The notes under the pieces were generated by a model. That model ran no database searches and had not been told where the DNA came from. It saw only the letters and a list, made by a program, of their open reading frames with translations. The translations under genes were made by a program, and so were the position numbers. A DNA stretch of 64,000 bases from Negaprion brevirostris (Eukaryota), in assembly GCA_030324005.1 (NCBI GenBank), contig JARDVH010000031.1:71062287-71126286 (forward strand). Direction: 5' to 3'. Below, one piece after another: positions 60,133 to 64,000 of this stretch. Numbering within the stretch: the stretch's first letter is position 1; each line of letters starts with the position of its first letter.

Positions 60133-62044
60133 GACCTTTGTGTTACAGTCACGGCTGCTATAGTAAATGTTGTTAGAAACACGCCCAAATATTGTTCTGA
60201 TGCTCCGGGGTGATGCCTTTGGTGAAACATTCATAAGCTGATGATGGAGCATGTGCACACGTTACAACAACTGAATAACACTTCAGTGTTTGCAATATCT
60301 ATTTTGTTACACAAGGCATTTGTTTCACCTTCTGAATGTACAATGTCAGTGAAAGAGTTGTTTTCAATGAATCATCCTATGAATGCATTACAAAGTACAG
60401 AATGGCACTAGAGGACAAGTAAACCTTTCTTTGCATAGCTGTGCAGATTTTATTAATTGTTCCCAATTGTTTAGCATCCATCAGATGTTAATTTAGCAGG
60501 AGGTTTCTAAACTTAAATTTTCTTTGGTATAATTAATGGTAAATAAAATCAATTCACAAATACTTCCTCACCTTTCGAAAGCCATGTTAACATTTGACAG
60601 GTAGGACTGGGAGCGTTCGAAACTTCCATAACTGCACTGTTTAGCTGAAAAGATTTCAAATATGATTATTACTAAGTAAAATGATTATAAAGTTCTTTTC
60701 TGTATTACTGACCATTATGTTTCAACTGACTTTTGGAATAGCTCCTATCAGTCTTAAGGAAGAATATTGCATTAAAACACAATGCAGTATGTAGCATGTT
60801 GCAACCAAACCTTGATTCAAATTTGGCCCCTGCTCTCAACAGATAATGTACTGTGTGAGCATTGAGGGCAACTTTTAGGAGGGTAAAACAAATGGAGGAC
60901 CTAGTGGAGGTTAGAGACATATTTCTGTTGAGTGTTTTTGGCTTTTGTTCTGTTGAGTTACTTTGGGCATGAGGTATGATCAGGCACTTTAAAGGTAAGT
61001 GTGTGCAAGACACATTTTTGTTTGGAAGGTGATGAAACAGTTATTTTCACCAAGGTGAATTTTGCCAAGTGATAAGCTTGGAGATTTACAGCATCGTTTT
61101 GTAAGTAGTTTGAAAAACATTTGCCAGACACTTTTTTTTGTGAAAGATGGTGCCCCTTTAAAAGGGAGAATTTGCAATCATTACCCTATTTTTCTCAAAC
61201 AGTATCACTGTCTGTGCTATGGCTGCATTCTGCGGGACAGCTGGGCATTAAAACATTGATATCTATGGCATAAGGCTTCAATGCTTGAACAGATTTAGTA
61301 CCTAAAAATACTTAGAAGAACAAAACTTTAATTGGGCATTATTAAAGGGGTAGACCTCAGAAGTCACTTTACCTAGTTTGTGCACAGTGTGTGACAATCC
61401 AAGCATTGATGGGATTGTTGGCCATAATTAATGCCATATTTTACATTTGATTTAATAAAATCAAAGCTTTTTTCTCAATGTTAGAAAATATTTGAAGATA
61501 TCTCATAGAACTGCAGTGGTCAATATACTGCCATCAGGGCTGGTAATACCCTTGCAATGTAGAAATGCTTCTCCCTGAAAGCTATTATAAAAGTTACCAA
61601 AAGATCTAAATTAGATAGCCACAACATTCCTTATTAGTCTCTATGCTAATGTATACGTTACAGTTAAACCAACTAGACACCAACCTGGTTTTCTGATAAC
61701 TTTTGTACAAATCCTTTTTCTTCCCTATTTCCCATATTATTCAAGTTGTCCTTGAGAAGACAGTGGTAAGCCTTCTTCTTGAACTGTCATAGTGTGTGTG
61801 TATGTGTGGCGAAACGTTCTCACAAAATAATATGCCTTCTATATCCATCGAAGTGGATACCAAGCTTCTATAAGTCCCACTCTGATTCAGCTCTGAGGAA
61901 GTGATCAAGTAGCTCAGAAATGCTGGTGTTTCTGATTTCAACTGTGCCTTGTCAAGGACAAATTTGGTTTTTAATCCGGCCTTCCCTGTAGTACTCTGGC
62001 TGAGATTTGCAGATTGGTGGATTAAATTGACTTCTCCCATTGTT

Positions 62045-62735
62045 TTTGTATTATTCATTCTTGGGACATAGGTGTCACTGATGGGTTTAGTGATTAACAT
62101 ACATCCCTAGTTGTTCTTGAAAAGATGATGGACCTTCCTTCTCAAACTGTTGCAGTCTGAGTGGTGAAAATGTTCCTGCAATCCAACTAGGTAGGACTTC
62201 CAGGATTTTCCCCCACCACAAGGAAGGAATGGTGATATATGTGCACCTCAAGCTGGTTTTTGACTTCAAAGGGAAGGCTATGATGTTTTCATGTGCTTGC
62301 TGTCCTTAGTCTTCTGTATGGTGGAGGTCATGAGTTTGGTAAGGATTTCCAAACAAGCCTTGGCAAGTTGCTCCAATGCATGCTGTGCATAGAACACACT
62401 GCAGATACAGAAGACCAATGGTGGATGTTTAGCATGATGGATGAGGTGCTGAACAACTGGGATGCTTTGGACTGGATGGTGTTGTTCTGGTATCTATTCA
62501 AGCATGTGGAGATTATTTCAATGTACTCTTGACTTGTGCTTCTTAGGTGGTGGAGACATTCACCGCAGAATACCTAACCTTCTGACCCATAGTAGTCAAG
62601 GCATTTATATGACAGGTCCAGTTGAGTTCTTGATGAATGATGAACCTTAAGATATTGATTTTGGGTGACTTGATGGCAATGCAATTGAATGTCAAGAGTG
62701 GGTTGTTGAACTTTCACTCGCTGAAGATGCACTGA
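62045..62735 (-). mobile_element. CR1/L2-group LINE 3' region
   Basis: ttattcattcttgggacat tail; collinear with 1850-2560. Confidence 0.75.
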
Positions 62736-63930
62736 TATGCTGGGACTCCCGTGCATTCTGCTTTTCTTAGCTGAAGCATAGCTAATTAGGAAAGAAGATA
62801 CTTTGAGAAAACTGGATAAGTATTTTCCTCCAAAATAAAGCACAGTATGAATCAAATTTGCAGAATAAGGCACAATAAAAGTATATATTCAGGATCCATC
62901 TCAACAGAGGTCATTTGAGATGACAGAAAGCTGTTTCATGGTGGTAGCGTTATCTGTCCAAATCCATTCTCTATAACTGGACTCTCCTACATCCATTCAT
63001 GTGCTGAGAAGCAACACCAAGACGTTTTATGGCAAAGAGATTGCAGGTAGGATGAAATATCTATCCACACCAACTCTAGCATCTTCTGTGCAAGTCACAT
63101 GCAAATGTTACAGCTTAGGTTTTTCTGCATGATTGATTAACTCAATTATATTGTCAAGCTAAATTCTAACTGAAAATAGGCATTCACATGACTTTTAAAT
63201 GCTCAAAATCATTGGAACATTGATGCATTTATCTTGTTTTTGATCATATACAATAATTGCATTGAAAAGAATTTCAAACGAAAATCAGCAGGCTAGGCGC
63301 AAATGTCCAGAAAATACAAGCATTGTTGAATTCAGTCAGTCAAACCAACCTACTACACAAGTTGCATTGAATAAAGCAGTCTAAACCATTCCCCATTAGT
63401 CTCGGGGTAAGTAATATGCATCAGCACAAAACAAAACATTTTCTATCTTAAAAAACCCAGTGAATTGGAATGACTAATTGGATAATGAGCTGTGTGGCAA
63501 AATATTATACATTTTTCCAACATGTGGGCTTGATTTTTTATAGTTCATCTATGCAGAGAACCAAAATCAGTTTTGAGATTGTAGAAGATTTGTGTTTCAG
63601 GAATAACAATTGATGTTTATCTCTCTCATCAACGTTTCCATGTTAGGGAAATGGAGTTTCAATGAACTTTCAATATACTTTTGTTACTTTTATTCCCAAT
63701 AGATTTTCATTTATTGTGTACATTTTTCCTTGATTTCAAATGTCGTCCCTTTCACATTTCCCTCCTGAACACAATAATTTGTGTTGCGACATGATATCAG
63801 TAATCTTCAAAGATCTGAAGTAATTGGCCATATTTCATTCAGGGAGACATTATAACTCAGCCCAATATCACCCAGTATTACAATGTTGTAATGTATTCCC
63901 AATATCAGAAGTTGTTTTATAAAGTGGACT

Positions 63931-64000
63931 GGTGGCATGGTGGCACAGTGGTTAGCACTTCTGCCTCACAGTGTCAGGAGCCCAGGTTCAATTCTGCCTT
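63931..64000 (+). mobile_element. V-SINE tRNA-derived head (runs off the window)
   Basis: ggtggcatggtggcacagtggttagcac...gcctcacag...ggttcaattc with A and B boxes. Confidence 0.85.

Noticed and set aside
63931-64000. tRNA genes suggested by A/B boxes (also 8612, 55873 and others)
   Set aside because: They are tRNA-derived SINE heads; the other copies continue into SINE bodies and none forms a full cloverleaf.
1-64000. CRISPR arrays, operons, rRNA genes
   Set aside because: Vertebrate DNA; no repeat-spacer array or rRNA similarity was seen.

Overview
Eukaryotic genomic DNA from a cartilaginous fish. The repeat repertoire (HE1/V-SINEs, a DeuSINE, CR1/L2 LINEs, hammerhead-bearing Penelope termini) is typical of sharks; a carcharhiniform is an unverified guess. 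It comes from a gappy draft assembly, and many of the N runs are 100 long. I cannot recognise any intact host protein-coding gene: the recognisable ORF fragments are decayed retrotransposon proteins (CR1/L2/RTE/Rex1 RT, CR1 ORF1 SGNH esterase, Penelope GIY-YIG), and the rest are noise or N-spanning artefacts. The window is probably intronic or intergenic. A large part is nested transposable elements, separated by unique stretches with candidate regulatory motifs and one or two candidate minus-strand exons. The most striking pattern is that short GG-terminated, 3-bp-TSD (Harbinger-like) MITEs sit exactly at the NUH cleavage triplet of the hammerhead-ribozyme motif in Penelope termini. Two cases are complete (18861, 25733) and two are one-sided (56438, 56700). 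Other highlights are a U2-snRNA-like head on an unclassified repeat (57.3 kb), a V-SINE with two alternative tails, a cluster of three palindromes (35.6 kb), a split 26-27-bp minisatellite (45.6-45.9 kb) and a perfect 20-bp hairpin (59.8 kb). Family names come from recognition by eye, without a database search, and boundaries are approximate unless TSDs are quoted.
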